DNA of 64,000 nt from Candidatus Omnitrophota bacterium (GTDB lineage Bacteria > Omnitrophota > Gorgyraeia > Zapsychrales > Aceulaceae), in contig JAKQPK010000013.1 in assembly GCA_029564765.1 (NCBI GenBank), forward strand, positions 125,753 through 189,752. The letters are read 5' to 3'. The notes beneath the pieces were generated by a model, which saw only the letters and a list, made by a program, of their open reading frames with translations, searched no databases and was not told the origin of the DNA. Shown here in pieces: positions 47,877 to 57,928 of this stretch (its first letter is position 1; each line of letters starts with the position of its first letter). Both the position numbers and the translations under genes were made by a program.

Positions 47877-48514
47877 TGATCTATTTTCTTATCGGCTTAG
47901 ATCACGCCGCCAAAGAGCAGAAGATCGCTGACATCAAAGCCAAAGCCCTCCTTTCAGCGGAAGCCCTTTCCTTTGACCATCAAATCTTGCATGGATATCG
48001 TTTAGACCGCGATGAATTACAAAAAGCGTTGATCGCGCTTCCTGTTGTTTCCAAGTCGCGCGTTGTCCTTATTCGGCAGGCGAATGAACTGACAGCCAAA
48101 CACAAAGAGCTCATCTTAAAAGCTGATAAAGCTTTCCCGCAAGGGTTGATCCTGATCCTGGACGCGGATGCGATGGATGAAAAAAGTTCTTGGTTCCAGA
48201 AAGGAAATGGCGTTCAACTGCTTTCTTTTAAGCCACGGACACAGCATAATGTTTTTGACCTGATGCGAGAAGTCGTGGCAGGCCGTCAGGCCAGGGCGCT
48301 GGAACTCCTTGATGAACTTCTTAAGAACGGTGAGATGCCGACCATGATCATAGGCGGAATGGTTTGGTCATGGAAAAAAGAGCGCAGCAAAATGCCCTTG
48401 CAAAAATTTTTACAAGGGCTTTTAGCGTTCCAACAAGCGGATTTTCGTGTTAAACGAAGTCAAATGCGGCCGGAATACACTCTTGAGATGCTGGTCGTTA
48501 AGCTTTCTTCGTAA
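47876..48514 (+). CDS. holA: DNA polymerase III delta subunit-like, shortened (212 aa)
   Basis: IYFLIG, LP....RVVLIR, NVFDL and ADFRVK...LEMLVVKL; position between lptE and rpsT. Confidence 0.75.
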   Translation: MIYFLIGLDHAAKEQKIADIKAKALLSAEALSFDHQILHGYRLDRDELQKALIALPVVSKSRVVLIRQANELTAKHKELILKADKAFPQGLILILDADAMDEKSSWFQKGNGVQLLSFKPRTQHNVFDLMREVVAGRQARALELLDELLKNGEMPTMIIGGMVWSWKKERSKMPLQKFLQGLLAFQQADFRVKRSQMRPEYTLEMLVVKLSS

Positions 48515-48761
48515 GAAGGCGGCTATAGTAGGATTTGCGGCGTGAGGCGGTGTTTTTCTTCAAGAGGCCTACTTTGGCAGCTTTATCGATCTTTTTGTAG
48601 ACAGCTGTGAGTAATGATTTGGCTTCTTGGGTCTTTTTGGCCTCGATAGCTGTTGTGAAGCTTTTGACGGTCTTGCGCAACTCTGTTTTGATATCGAGAT
48701 TATGTAAACGGCGTTTGTGAGTTAGTCGTAACTCTTGAATACCAGAACGTCTTTGGGGCAT
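48498..48761 (-). CDS. rpsT: 30S ribosomal protein S20
   Basis: MPQRRSGIQELR...IDKAAKVGLLKKNTASRRKS; start at 48761. Confidence 0.95.
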   Translation of the reverse strand: MPQRRSGIQELRLTHKRRLHNLDIKTELRKTVKSFTTAIEAKKTQEAKSLLTAVYKKIDKAAKVGLLKKNTASRRKSYYSRLLTKKA

Positions 48762-48813
48762 AAACTTGATCCTTTCTTTTCCAAGTGAGCCAATATAGCA
48801 GAGAGAAAAGTGT

Positions 48814-50382
48814 ATGTCAACTAATAAATATTCCAAACATGACAGCAACCAGGGGATCCTTAAGACGACGTCCGTTCTTTCTTTAGGGACCTTAAGCTCT
48901 CGCGTTCTGGGCTTTGTCCGGGACATGATCTTGGCGAAATTCCTGGGAACAAGCTTCCGAGCGGATGCTTTTTTTGTCGCTTTTCGCATCCCTAATCTCT
49001 TTAGGGATATTTTGGGGGAAGGGGGAATGAATTCCTCGGTCGTTCCGGTCATCGCGGAGTACGCCCAAAAGGATAAAAAAGATCTCATGGTCTTTTTGAA
49101 CGCGGTCTTTGTTCTGTTAATGATGGCCTTAAGCCTTTTGACGGTCGTTGGGATCATTCTTGCCCCTGTGATCGTTCGCCTGATCGCGCCCGGTTTTATG
49201 GAAGACCCGGAAAAGTTGCAGTTGACGATCCGGTTGACCCGTATTATGTTCCCGTACCTTATTCTGATCGGTTTGACCGCCTATGGCATGGGTGTCTTGT
49301 TCGTCTTTCGCTCTTTTATGATACCGGCATTCAGCCCATGTCTTTTGAATGTGTCGATCATCACAAGCGCTTTGATCGCGGTGAAGCTGCCGGTAGACCA
49401 GGTCTTTTGCCTGGCTGGTGGTGTTTTGTTCGGTGGTGTGTTGCAGTTGGGCGCCCACATTGTTCCGATCCTGCGTCAAGGGGTCCGCCTAAGGATCCCG
49501 CGCGTCTTGGACCATCCCGGGGTTCGGCAGGTGGGACGGCTGATCGTTCCACGATTGTTTGGTTCCGCGGTCTATCAACTGTCCGTTTTTGTGGATACCT
49601 TTTGCGCTTCCTTATCTTCCGTTGTCGGGCTTGGCGGGATCTCAGCCATTTATTACGCGAACCGCATTTTGCAGTTTCCCATGTCGATCTTTGGGATCGC
49701 CATTGCTTCCGCGATCCTTCCGACCTTATCTGGTTTCGCGGCAGGCCAGAACATGGAAGAATTCCGGCGGACACTGATCTTTGCCTTGAAAAGTATTTTG
49801 CTTGTCATGATGCCGATGGCGGTATTCTTGGTCCTTTTCGCGACGCCGATCGTGCGCCTTTTGTTCGAGCGGGGAGCGTTCGACGCATACTCCACGGCCA
49901 TTACAGCGCAGGCGTTGTTGTTCTTTGCCCTTGGCCTTTTTTGGTTTGCGGGGGCGAAGATCCTGGTAACCGCGTTCCATTCGCTGCAAGACACAGCCAC
50001 CCCGGCAAAGGTGGCGGCGCTGTGTTTGCTGGTGAACGCCGCCCTTAATTTTATCTTAATGGGCCCGCTGAAGGTTGGCGGCATCGCCTTGGCGAGCGCG
50101 ATCTCATCGGGGATCAACTTTTTTGTTCTGTTGAGCATTTTAAGTGATCGCCTTAAGGGGCTTGGCGACGGGCTTTTGGAGTACAGCAGCAAGGTCTTCC
50201 TTTCCGCGATCGTAATGGGCGGGGCTTGTTATTTGTTGTGGCATTATTTGGCGATCGCGCAGGAACTCGTGCGGTTGATCATTGTCACCGCTATGGGCGT
50301 GATCATATTCTTTCAGATGTGCGCTATCTTTAGGATCCAACAAGCGCAAAGGATCCTCGCATGGATATTAAGACGGCCGTAA
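48814..50382 (+). CDS. murJ: Lipid II flippase MurJ/MviN
   Basis: SRVLGFVRD, DAFFVAFRIPNLFR...EGG, YYANRILQFP and LFERGAF. Confidence 0.96.
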   Translation: MSTNKYSKHDSNQGILKTTSVLSLGTLSSRVLGFVRDMILAKFLGTSFRADAFFVAFRIPNLFRDILGEGGMNSSVVPVIAEYAQKDKKDLMVFLNAVFVLLMMALSLLTVVGIILAPVIVRLIAPGFMEDPEKLQLTIRLTRIMFPYLILIGLTAYGMGVLFVFRSFMIPAFSPCLLNVSIITSALIAVKLPVDQVFCLAGGVLFGGVLQLGAHIVPILRQGVRLRIPRVLDHPGVRQVGRLIVPRLFGSAVYQLSVFVDTFCASLSSVVGLGGISAIYYANRILQFPMSIFGIAIASAILPTLSGFAAGQNMEEFRRTLIFALKSILLVMMPMAVFLVLFATPIVRLLFERGAFDAYSTAITAQALLFFALGLFWFAGAKILVTAFHSLQDTATPAKVAALCLLVNAALNFILMGPLKVGGIALASAISSGINFFVLLSILSDRLKGLGDGLLEYSSKVFLSAIVMGGACYLLWHYLAIAQELVRLIIVTAMGVIIFFQMCAIFRIQQAQRILAWILRRP

Positions 50383-51605
50383 AACAATTGCCGCTCACTA
50401 GCGGTGTCTATCTGATGAAGGACGCTAGCGGGCGTATTATTTATATTGGCAAAGCGGTGTCGTTGCGCAAGCGTGTGCAGTCTTATTTTCGCAAAACCGC
50501 TCATCCGATCTCAAAGACAGATTCTTTGGTCGCGGATATTCGCTCGATCGACCATATCGTAGTCGCCAGCGAAGCCGAGGCGCTGCTGCTGGAAGCCAGC
50601 CTGATCAAGAAATATCAACCCAAATATAATGTTGACCTTCGGGATGACAAAAGCTACCCATCGATCATGATCAGTGATGAGGCCTATCCGCGGATCGCGG
50701 TCGTGCGGCCGCGGTCACAAGGCAAAGAAAAGATCCTTGGAAGGCTGTTCGGTCCGTACGTGGACGCGAAGCTGATCCGCGAGGCATTGACGATCATCCG
50801 TCGGATCTTTCATTATCGGGTGTGCCCGCGGATGCCTCAGAAGCCTTGTCTGGATCATCATATCGGGCTTTGTGACGCGCCTTGCGTTGAGAATATCAGC
50901 GTAAAAGAATATCGAAAGGTCATCCGTCATGTTGTTTGTATCCTGGAAGGGCGCAAAGATGAACTTTACAAGGATCTGCATGAAGAGATGGCGTTGTGCG
51001 TACGCGTCAAAGATTTTGAAAGGGCCGCTGTTATCCGAGATCAGATCCGGGCGATCGGCGCTTTGTATTCAGGAACGAAAGATATTAATTATTTTAAGGA
51101 AGCAGAGCAGTTGCAGCGTGCTTTGAGTTTGCCGAAAGCCCCTGAGCGTATTGAAGCCTTTGATATATCTAACATCATGGGTGCGTACGCGGTCGGGTCC
51201 ATGGTGTCGTTCTTTAATGGCCAGCCGGATAAAAAGAATTATCGGCGTTTTCGCATCAAAGACATCTCCGGCGCCGATGATCCCGCGATGATCGCGCAGG
51301 TCGTGCGTCGGCGCTATAAAAGGCTCAAGGATGAGGGCGCTTTGTTCCCGGACCTGATCCTCATTGACGGCGGCAAGGGACAGCTGTCAGCGGCGCATCA
51401 AGAACTGCAGAAATTACAGATCACGATCCCTTTGATCTCCTTAGCCAAGCGCGAGGAAGAGATCTTTGTCCCGCAGCGAAAAAGATCGATCGTTTTGCCT
51501 AAGGATTCATTAGGGCTGAAGATGTTGCAACGCGTTCGGGATGAAGCACATCGCTTTGCCGTCAGCTATCATCGATCGTTACGCGATAAGAGCGCGTTAA
51601 AGTGA
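50361..51605 (+). CDS. uvrC: Excinuclease ABC subunit C, compact form without C-terminal HhH
   Basis: GVY..IYIGKA (GIY-YIG), Cys cluster, UVR motif, RIEAFDISN, DLILIDGGKGQ and RDEAHRFA. Confidence 0.92.
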   Translation: MDIKTAVKQLPLTSGVYLMKDASGRIIYIGKAVSLRKRVQSYFRKTAHPISKTDSLVADIRSIDHIVVASEAEALLLEASLIKKYQPKYNVDLRDDKSYPSIMISDEAYPRIAVVRPRSQGKEKILGRLFGPYVDAKLIREALTIIRRIFHYRVCPRMPQKPCLDHHIGLCDAPCVENISVKEYRKVIRHVVCILEGRKDELYKDLHEEMALCVRVKDFERAAVIRDQIRAIGALYSGTKDINYFKEAEQLQRALSLPKAPERIEAFDISNIMGAYAVGSMVSFFNGQPDKKNYRRFRIKDISGADDPAMIAQVVRRRYKRLKDEGALFPDLILIDGGKGQLSAAHQELQKLQITIPLISLAKREEEIFVPQRKRSIVLPKDSLGLKMLQRVRDEAHRFAVSYHRSLRDKSALK

Positions 51606-51606
51606 C

Positions 51607-51900
51607 ATGACAAAGAAAAGGCCTCTGACAAATTTTCAGGTTAAGGTTTTGCGCGCCGTCAGCCAGATCCCTTTGGGGCAGACGCGTTCGTATGCCTGGG
51701 TCGCGCGCAAGATCGGGCGCCCTAAGTCCGCGCGCGCGGTGGGGCAGGCGCTTAACAAGAACCCTTATCTTCTTTTGATCCCTTGTCATCGCGTTGTTCA
51801 TCAGGATGGTTCTCTGGGCGGTTTTGCCTTGGGTGTGAAAACGAAAAAAGCGCTTCTTGAGCTTGAACAGAGGATCGCCAAGCAATTTTCTGGAAAATAA
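51607..51900 (+). CDS. Single-domain O6-alkylguanine DNA alkyltransferase (MGMT/Ogt C-terminal domain)
   Basis: IPLGQTRSY, ARAVGQAL and the IPCHRVV active site. Confidence 0.92.
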   Translation: MTKKRPLTNFQVKVLRAVSQIPLGQTRSYAWVARKIGRPKSARAVGQALNKNPYLLLIPCHRVVHQDGSLGGFALGVKTKKALLELEQRIAKQFSGK

Positions 51901-51977
51901 TTTTTTCAAAGGGTTTTTTAAGGTAGAATAATTTCGTCGACAGCCTTTAACTTACTTGACTACGGAAGGACAACAGC

Positions 51978-53066
51978 ATGAAACTTCAGAAATATTTTAA
52001 GATCATGGCAGAGCGTGAGGCTTCAGACCTGTTCTTGTCAACCAATACCGAGCCGCGCGCGCGTATCCATGGCGCGGTGCATTTTTTGTGCGACGAAAAG
52101 GTCGCGCGTCAAGACATGGATGAATTGATCAGCGCGATCCTGCCAGAGGCTTCCAAGCGTGAACATTATCATAAGAATTGGGATATTGATTTTATCTATG
52201 TGGATCCAGATGTGGGGCGTTTTCGTATCAGCCTTTTTTGCCAGCGGGCGAATCCAGCTCTTGTTGCCAGATATGTGCGCAACCAAACAAAAACATTTCA
52301 GGAGCTTGGGCTTCCAGTCGAGTTGTTCGAAAGCTTCGCGCAGGAACCGCGCGGCCTGATCCTCACGTGCGGCCCAGCCGGCAACGGAAAGACCACCTCG
52401 ATCGCGAGCATGATTGATCATATTAATGAGCGCCAGGAAAAGCATATCATCACGCTCGAAGATCCTATCGAATATTTGTTCAAGAATAAAAAGAGCATGG
52501 TCAATCAGCGCGAGCTGGGGATCGATTTTCATTCGTACCCGACGGCTTTACGGCACGCGACCCAGCAAAGCCCGGACATTTTGTTCATTGGGACGATTCG
52601 TGATGAAGACACGATGCGCGCCGCTTTGCAGGCAGCTGAGCTTGGGACCCTTGTCCTGGCGACATTCCACACTAACAACGCTGTTCAGACCGTAGAGCGT
52701 ATCGTTAACTTTTTTCCCCCACATTTGCATTTAGAGGTCAGCCTGCAGCTCTCTTTACTTCTGAAGGGGACGATCTCGTTACGCTTACTCGCGCGCAAGG
52801 ATGGAACAGGGCGCGTACCTGCTTATGAGTCCATGGTCGTGACACCCACGATCGCGCGCCTTATCAGGGAACAGAAGCCAAGAGAGATCCAGACCTTTAT
52901 TGATGATGGCAAGCTTTTCGGTATGAAATCATTCAAACAAACATTAGCCCAGCTTGTCAAAGAGGGGGCCGTGGAAGAAGAGACCGCTCGGATCGCTTCA
53001 GACAGTCGTGATGAATTCAACTTAGAGCTTCGCGGTCTACGCAGTATTTCACGGCGGTCAACTTAA
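51978..53066 (+). CDS. PilT/PilU family type IV pilus ATPase (atypical Walker B)
   Basis: ASDLFL, GPAGNGKTT, ITLEDPIEY, NQRELG, PDILFIGTIRD and ATFHT. Confidence 0.9.
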   Translation: MKLQKYFKIMAEREASDLFLSTNTEPRARIHGAVHFLCDEKVARQDMDELISAILPEASKREHYHKNWDIDFIYVDPDVGRFRISLFCQRANPALVARYVRNQTKTFQELGLPVELFESFAQEPRGLILTCGPAGNGKTTSIASMIDHINERQEKHIITLEDPIEYLFKNKKSMVNQRELGIDFHSYPTALRHATQQSPDILFIGTIRDEDTMRAALQAAELGTLVLATFHTNNAVQTVERIVNFFPPHLHLEVSLQLSLLLKGTISLRLLARKDGTGRVPAYESMVVTPTIARLIREQKPREIQTFIDDGKLFGMKSFKQTLAQLVKEGAVEEETARIASDSRDEFNLELRGLRSISRRST

Positions 53067-53091
53067 AAGTATCACAAGAGAGGAAGTGACC

Positions 53092-53727
53092 ATGTGGGGA
53101 CGGATAACAGCTGAACTTAAAGATCACGCGCCTTTCACGTTGTTCGGCGCCTTGACCGGGATCCTGTTAATGATGGTCTTTCGTGATGTGCCTCATGAGA
53201 CCGCGCACACATTGTTCTATATTTTTCATCCGCTGCATATTTGCTTGAGCGCTGTTGTTACCGCGGCCTTATACAAGAAATATTTTGCCGGACAGAAGCC
53301 TGGCGTGAGCATGTTCTTAAAAGTTTTGGCGGTGGGGTATGTCGGCTCCGTGACCGTCGGGACCATTAGTGATTCTGTGATCCCTTTTTGGGGCGAGGTC
53401 TTGCTTGATATGCCGCATCGGCACGCGCATATTGGATTTATCGATAAGTGGTGGCTGATCAATCCGCTGGCCGTTGCCGCGATCGTGATCGGCTATTATA
53501 AACCGATAACAAAATTTCCTCACGCAGGGCACGTATTGATTAGTACGTGGGCTTCATTGTTCCATATGCTGATGGCCTCTGATCATGGGCATGCAGTGCC
53601 GTATTTTGGTATATTCATCTTTTTGTTCCTGGCCGTGTGGATCCCTTGCTGTTTTAGCGATATTATTTTTCCGTTATTGTTCGTGCGAGGAAAAGACTTT
53701 CCTTGTTCCTGCGGGCATCATGGCTGA
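53092..53727 (+). CDS. His-rich conserved-type membrane protein of unknown function
   Basis: Several TMs; HAPFT, FHPLH, SDSVIP, PHAGHVLIS, WIPCCFSDIIFPL; possible metal transporter (inference). Confidence 0.7.
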   Translation: MWGRITAELKDHAPFTLFGALTGILLMMVFRDVPHETAHTLFYIFHPLHICLSAVVTAALYKKYFAGQKPGVSMFLKVLAVGYVGSVTVGTISDSVIPFWGEVLLDMPHRHAHIGFIDKWWLINPLAVAAIVIGYYKPITKFPHAGHVLISTWASLFHMLMASDHGHAVPYFGIFIFLFLAVWIPCCFSDIIFPLLFVRGKDFPCSCGHHG

Positions 53728-53845
53728 CCGTTTAGGACGATCTTTCGCTGATCACTACCGTTGGACAAAAAATTGTAAATCCTTTCGATTGTGTTATAAT
53801 ACACATCACTTTGTTTCCCTATAATATTAATATTTATATTTTCTA

Positions 53846-54932
53846 ATGATAGACGAGATCAATAAGCATATTCAACGTTTGGAAAAGAGATTCCACGAAC
53901 TTCGGGGGTTTCTTTGACCTGTCCACGAAGATCCGATCCATAGAGCAGATCCAAGAGCAGATGGCCTCGCCAAATTTTTGGGACAATACGGCTCATGCGA
54001 ACAAGCTGATGCGTGAACTGAAAGTATTGAAAAATACGGTCGAGCCTTTTGATGTGGGCCTGGCCAAGCTCGATGAGCTTAAAGAGTTCGCGATGATCGC
54101 CGCCGAAGATACGGTTTTGTTGCAGCAGATCCAACAGAGCCTTCAGGCCCTTGAGCAGACAGTTGACCAACTTGAGGTGCAGACACTTTTGAGCGGAGAG
54201 TTCGATCATAATAACGCGCTGCTGAGCATTAACGCGGGTGCTGGCGGGACAGAGTCTTGTGATTGGGCCAGCATGTTGTTGCGGATGTATACGCGCTGGG
54301 CGGACGACAAGCAATTCAAGGTAAATATGATCGATGTTTTACCTGGCGAAGAAGCGGGGATCAAAAACGTAACACTGCGTATTTCCGGTGATATGGCCTA
54401 TGGGCTTTTAAAATCTGAAAAAGGCGTGCATCGTTTGGTGCGTATATCGCCTTTTGACGCGAACAAACGTCGCCACACATCTTTTGCTTCGGTCGATGTG
54501 ATCCCTGAGGTTGAGGATGATATCGATATCCAGATCAATCCTGAGGAATTGCGCATCGATGTTTACCGCGCCTCAGGGCCCGGCGGACAAGGTGTTAACA
54601 CGACGGATTCCGCCGTGCGGATCACGCATATCCCCACAGGGACCGTTGTCCAGTGTCAGAGCGAACGCTCGCAGCTACAGAACAAAGAGACCGCGATGAA
54701 GGTCTTGCGCGCCAAGCTTTATGAGCAAAAGGAAAAAGAACAACAGGACCGTATGGCCAGCGAGTATGGAGAAAAGCAAAAGATCGAATGGGGAAGTCAG
54801 ATCCGTTCCTATGTTTTTCAGCCCTATTGCATGGTCAAAGACCATCGCACGGATGTGGAAGAAGGTAATGTCGCCAAGGTAATGGACGGCCATCTCGATA
54901 CGTTCATTGAGGCTTATTTAAAAAGGAAATAA
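53846..54932 (+). CDS. prfB: Peptide chain release factor 2, expressed via programmed +1 frameshift
   Basis: ATG 53846 MIDEINKH...RGFL then CTT TGA C at 53912-53918; the +1 frame continues DLSTKI... into the ORF with SPF and GGQ motifs. Confidence 0.96.
53904..53918 (+). other. prfB programmed frameshift cassette
   Basis: Internal SD-like GGGGG, 3-nt spacer, CTTTGAC slippery/stop site. Confidence 0.93.
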
Positions 54933-54937
54933 TTTTT

Positions 54938-57925
54938 ATGTGGAAAATGTTTTTTGGGAAAACCATCATTCGTCAGGTGCAAAAGCATATTGACCGTCTT
55001 GAGCCGAAAGTGAACATTCAGCTTCCGATGGACCTGCCTTTGTCTTCGATCGGCTTGGTCAAAAAAATGGCGGCTCTCGTCGCTAAGGTTAACGCGCTCG
55101 AATCCCAGGTCCAGGCCCTCAGCGACGCGCAATTACGGTCAAAGACCCAAGAATTTCAACAGCGTATCCGCCAGGGGACATCGTTGGCGCAGCAAGAGTT
55201 GGATACGCTTATCCAGCAGCATCGCGAAGAAAAAGACCAGCAGACCCGTGAATCCTTGATCAACGAGATCGACCGTGCTAAGAAAAACCTTTTTGACCAG
55301 CGCGAAAAAGCGCTCGATGAGATCCTGCCGGAAGCCTTCGCGATCGTCCGGGAAGCGAGCCGCCGCACGATCGGCCTGCGGCATTTTGATATTCAATTGT
55401 TAGGCGGCATGATCTTGCATAAAGGCAACATCGCTGAAATGGCCACGGGAGAAGGAAAGACATTGGTGGCGACATTGCCGGCGTACTTGAACGCTTTGAC
55501 AGGCAAGGGCGTGCATGTTGTGACCGTCAACGATTACCTCGCGCGCCGCGACAGGGACTGGATGGGGCCTGTGTATGAATTCTTAGGCTTGAGCGTCGGC
55601 GTTATCCAGCATGAAAAACATCCCAGGGAACGCCAATGTGATTACGGTTGCGATATTACTTATGGCACGAATAATGAATTTGGGTTCGATTATTTGCGCG
55701 ACAATATGGTGAGTTTTAAGGAAGAGATGGTGCAGCGCGGCCATTATTTCGCGATCGTGGATGAGGTTGACAGCATTTTGATCGACGAGGCGCGCACACC
55801 TTTGATCATTTCCGGCCCTGCCGAGGAATCCACCGATAAGTATTATACGGCCAATGGTATCGCCAAACAGTTAAAAGGCCGGCGCATCACGGAAAAAGAA
55901 GAGATCGACGCGAAATATAAAGGCCAGGACCTTTCTGTCGGCTTTGATTATGTGGCCGACGAAAAGGCGAGATCGATCTCGATGACCGAGCAAGGTGAGT
56001 CAAAAGCGGCACGCATGTTTGGCGTTGACAATTTGCATGATATGGAAACGATCGAGTATCGACACCACATTCTGCAGGCATTGAAGGCCAGAGAGTTCTT
56101 TAAAGTCGATGTGGATTATGTTGTGCGGGACGGGCAGGTCATTATCGTTGATGAGTTTACGGGGCGTATGATGCCGGGCCGCCGATGGTCAGACGGGCTG
56201 CATCAGGCGGTTGAGGCCAAAGAAGGCATTAAGATCGAACGCGAGAATCAGACCCTGGCGACGGTCACTTTTCAGAATTATTTTCGTATGTATGAAAAAC
56301 TTTCGGGGATGACCGGTACCGCCTTTACTGAAGCCAATGAGTTCAAGCAGATCTATAAAGTGGATTGCGTCGTTTTGCCGACGAACAGGATCTTGCAGCG
56401 GAAAAATCATCCTGATTGTATCTATAAGACAGAACATGAGAAATTTAACGCGGTCGTTGCTGAGATCGCTGAGCTGCACAAGAACGGTCAGCCGGTCCTG
56501 GTCGGTACGATCTCGATCGAGCGATCCGAACTGTTATCGCAAATGCTTAAGCAGCGCGGTATCGAACATCAGGTGTTGAACGCTAAATATCATGACCTGG
56601 AAGCGCATATCGTCGCGCAAGCGGGACGCTACAAGGCTGTTACGATCGCCACGAACATGGCTGGCCGCGGGACGGATATCGTCCTTGGCGGCAATGCCGA
56701 GTATTTAGCGCGAAGTTTCGCGGAGAATATCGCCAAGCAAGAGAAACAAGGCGAAAAGGATCCAGACAATAAGGACGCGTATAAAGAATTTCTGGATCGT
56801 TTCCGCAAGCAGGTCGCTGAAGAGCATGAGAAGGTGGTTGCCGCCGGAGGTTTGCATGTTTTGGGCACGGAAAGGCATGAATCGAGACGTATCGATAATC
56901 AGCTGCGCGGCCGTTCAGGCCGTCAAGGTGACCCGGGATCGTCGCGTTTCTATGTTTCCCTGCAGGATGAGCTGATGCGGCTTTTTGGCTCGGACCGAAT
57001 GATGGGCTTGATGAACACCTTGGGTATGGAAGAAGGCCAGGTCATTGAACATCCTTGGGTCTCGCGCGCCATTGAGATCGCTCAAAAACGCGTGGAAACC
57101 CATAACTTTGAGATCCGCAAACAGCTTCTTGAATACGACAACGTTATGAACCGTCAGCGTGAGGTCATCTACGCGATGCGCCGTTCGATCCTCGAAGGAG
57201 AAGATATCAAAGAGCGCATTTTGGATGCTTTGGACGCCGCGATCCGAGAGATGGTGGCACAGTATCTTTTTGCCAACGGCGATCAAGGGCAGTGGGATGT
57301 GGAAGGGCTTAAGGCGTCTTTAAAAAGTGTTTTTGGTTTTGACGTGACACCTTTTAAAGAAGATCTCCCGCAGATGGGCCAGCCTCAGATCGAGGACCTG
57401 CTGTATGAAAAGATCCTCGCGCTTTATCAGGCGCGGGAGCAGATCGTCGACCCGCAAGCTATTCGGGGCCTGGAGCGCATGGTCCTGCTGCAGACGATCG
57501 ATACAAAATGGAAAGACCATCTTTATGCCATGGATCAGCTCAAGGAGGGGATCGGCTTGCGAGCTTTCGCCCATCGTGATCCCTTGGTTGAATATCAGCA
57601 TGAAGCATTCGGGATGTTCGAATCGATGTATGATTCTATTATGAGGGAAGTTGTCGAAACGGTCTTCAAGGTAGAACCTGTGGCCGAGCCTCGGAGAGTG
57701 CGCGGCGTTTTCTCGTCCTTGCCGCAACAATTCGTTCACGCGCAGCATTCCAGCCTTTCCGCGGCGCCCGCGGCAGATCCAAGTCAACCATTGCCCCAGC
57801 AGGCACGGCAAGCCCCATCCGCCCATCCGCAAAGGCGTGCTATGGAAAAGGTCGGGCGCAACGATCCGTGTCCATGCGGCAGTGGAAAAAAATATAAGAA
57901 ATGCTGCGGTCAGAGCGCGTCTTGA
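54938..57925 (+). CDS. secA: Preprotein translocase ATPase SecA
   Basis: [39 protein letters not shown] and SEC-C motif [18 protein letters not shown]. Confidence 0.98.
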   Translation: MWKMFFGKTIIRQVQKHIDRLEPKVNIQLPMDLPLSSIGLVKKMAALVAKVNALESQVQALSDAQLRSKTQEFQQRIRQGTSLAQQELDTLIQQHREEKDQQTRESLINEIDRAKKNLFDQREKALDEILPEAFAIVREASRRTIGLRHFDIQLLGGMILHKGNIAEMATGEGKTLVATLPAYLNALTGKGVHVVTVNDYLARRDRDWMGPVYEFLGLSVGVIQHEKHPRERQCDYGCDITYGTNNEFGFDYLRDNMVSFKEEMVQRGHYFAIVDEVDSILIDEARTPLIISGPAEESTDKYYTANGIAKQLKGRRITEKEEIDAKYKGQDLSVGFDYVADEKARSISMTEQGESKAARMFGVDNLHDMETIEYRHHILQALKAREFFKVDVDYVVRDGQVIIVDEFTGRMMPGRRWSDGLHQAVEAKEGIKIERENQTLATVTFQNYFRMYEKLSGMTGTAFTEANEFKQIYKVDCVVLPTNRILQRKNHPDCIYKTEHEKFNAVVAEIAELHKNGQPVLVGTISIERSELLSQMLKQRGIEHQVLNAKYHDLEAHIVAQAGRYKAVTIATNMAGRGTDIVLGGNAEYLARSFAENIAKQEKQGEKDPDNKDAYKEFLDRFRKQVAEEHEKVVAAGGLHVLGTERHESRRIDNQLRGRSGRQGDPGSSRFYVSLQDELMRLFGSDRMMGLMNTLGMEEGQVIEHPWVSRAIEIAQKRVETHNFEIRKQLLEYDNVMNRQREVIYAMRRSILEGEDIKERILDALDAAIREMVAQYLFANGDQGQWDVEGLKASLKSVFGFDVTPFKEDLPQMGQPQIEDLLYEKILALYQAREQIVDPQAIRGLERMVLLQTIDTKWKDHLYAMDQLKEGIGLRAFAHRDPLVEYQHEAFGMFESMYDSIMREVVETVFKVEPVAEPRRVRGVFSSLPQQFVHAQHSSLSAAPAADPSQPLPQQARQAPSAHPQRRAMEKVGRNDPCPCGSGKKYKKCCGQSAS

Positions 57926-57928
57926 TCC

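Noticed and set aside
48762-49157. N-terminal extension of S20 (219-aa ORF in track)
   Set aside because: The extension is antisense to murJ. The real start is ATG 48761 with an AAGGA SD, giving a normal 87-aa S20.
53846-53917. prfB pseudogene or sequencing frameshift
   Set aside because: The break is the canonical CTT-TGA-C programmed frameshift with an upstream SD-like sequence.
33338-57832. Long antisense or alternate-frame ORFs (e.g. 33338-33943, 46591-47226, 49338-50048, 57320-57832)
   Set aside because: They lie entirely within well-supported conserved genes and show no recognisable motifs; they are shadow ORFs.
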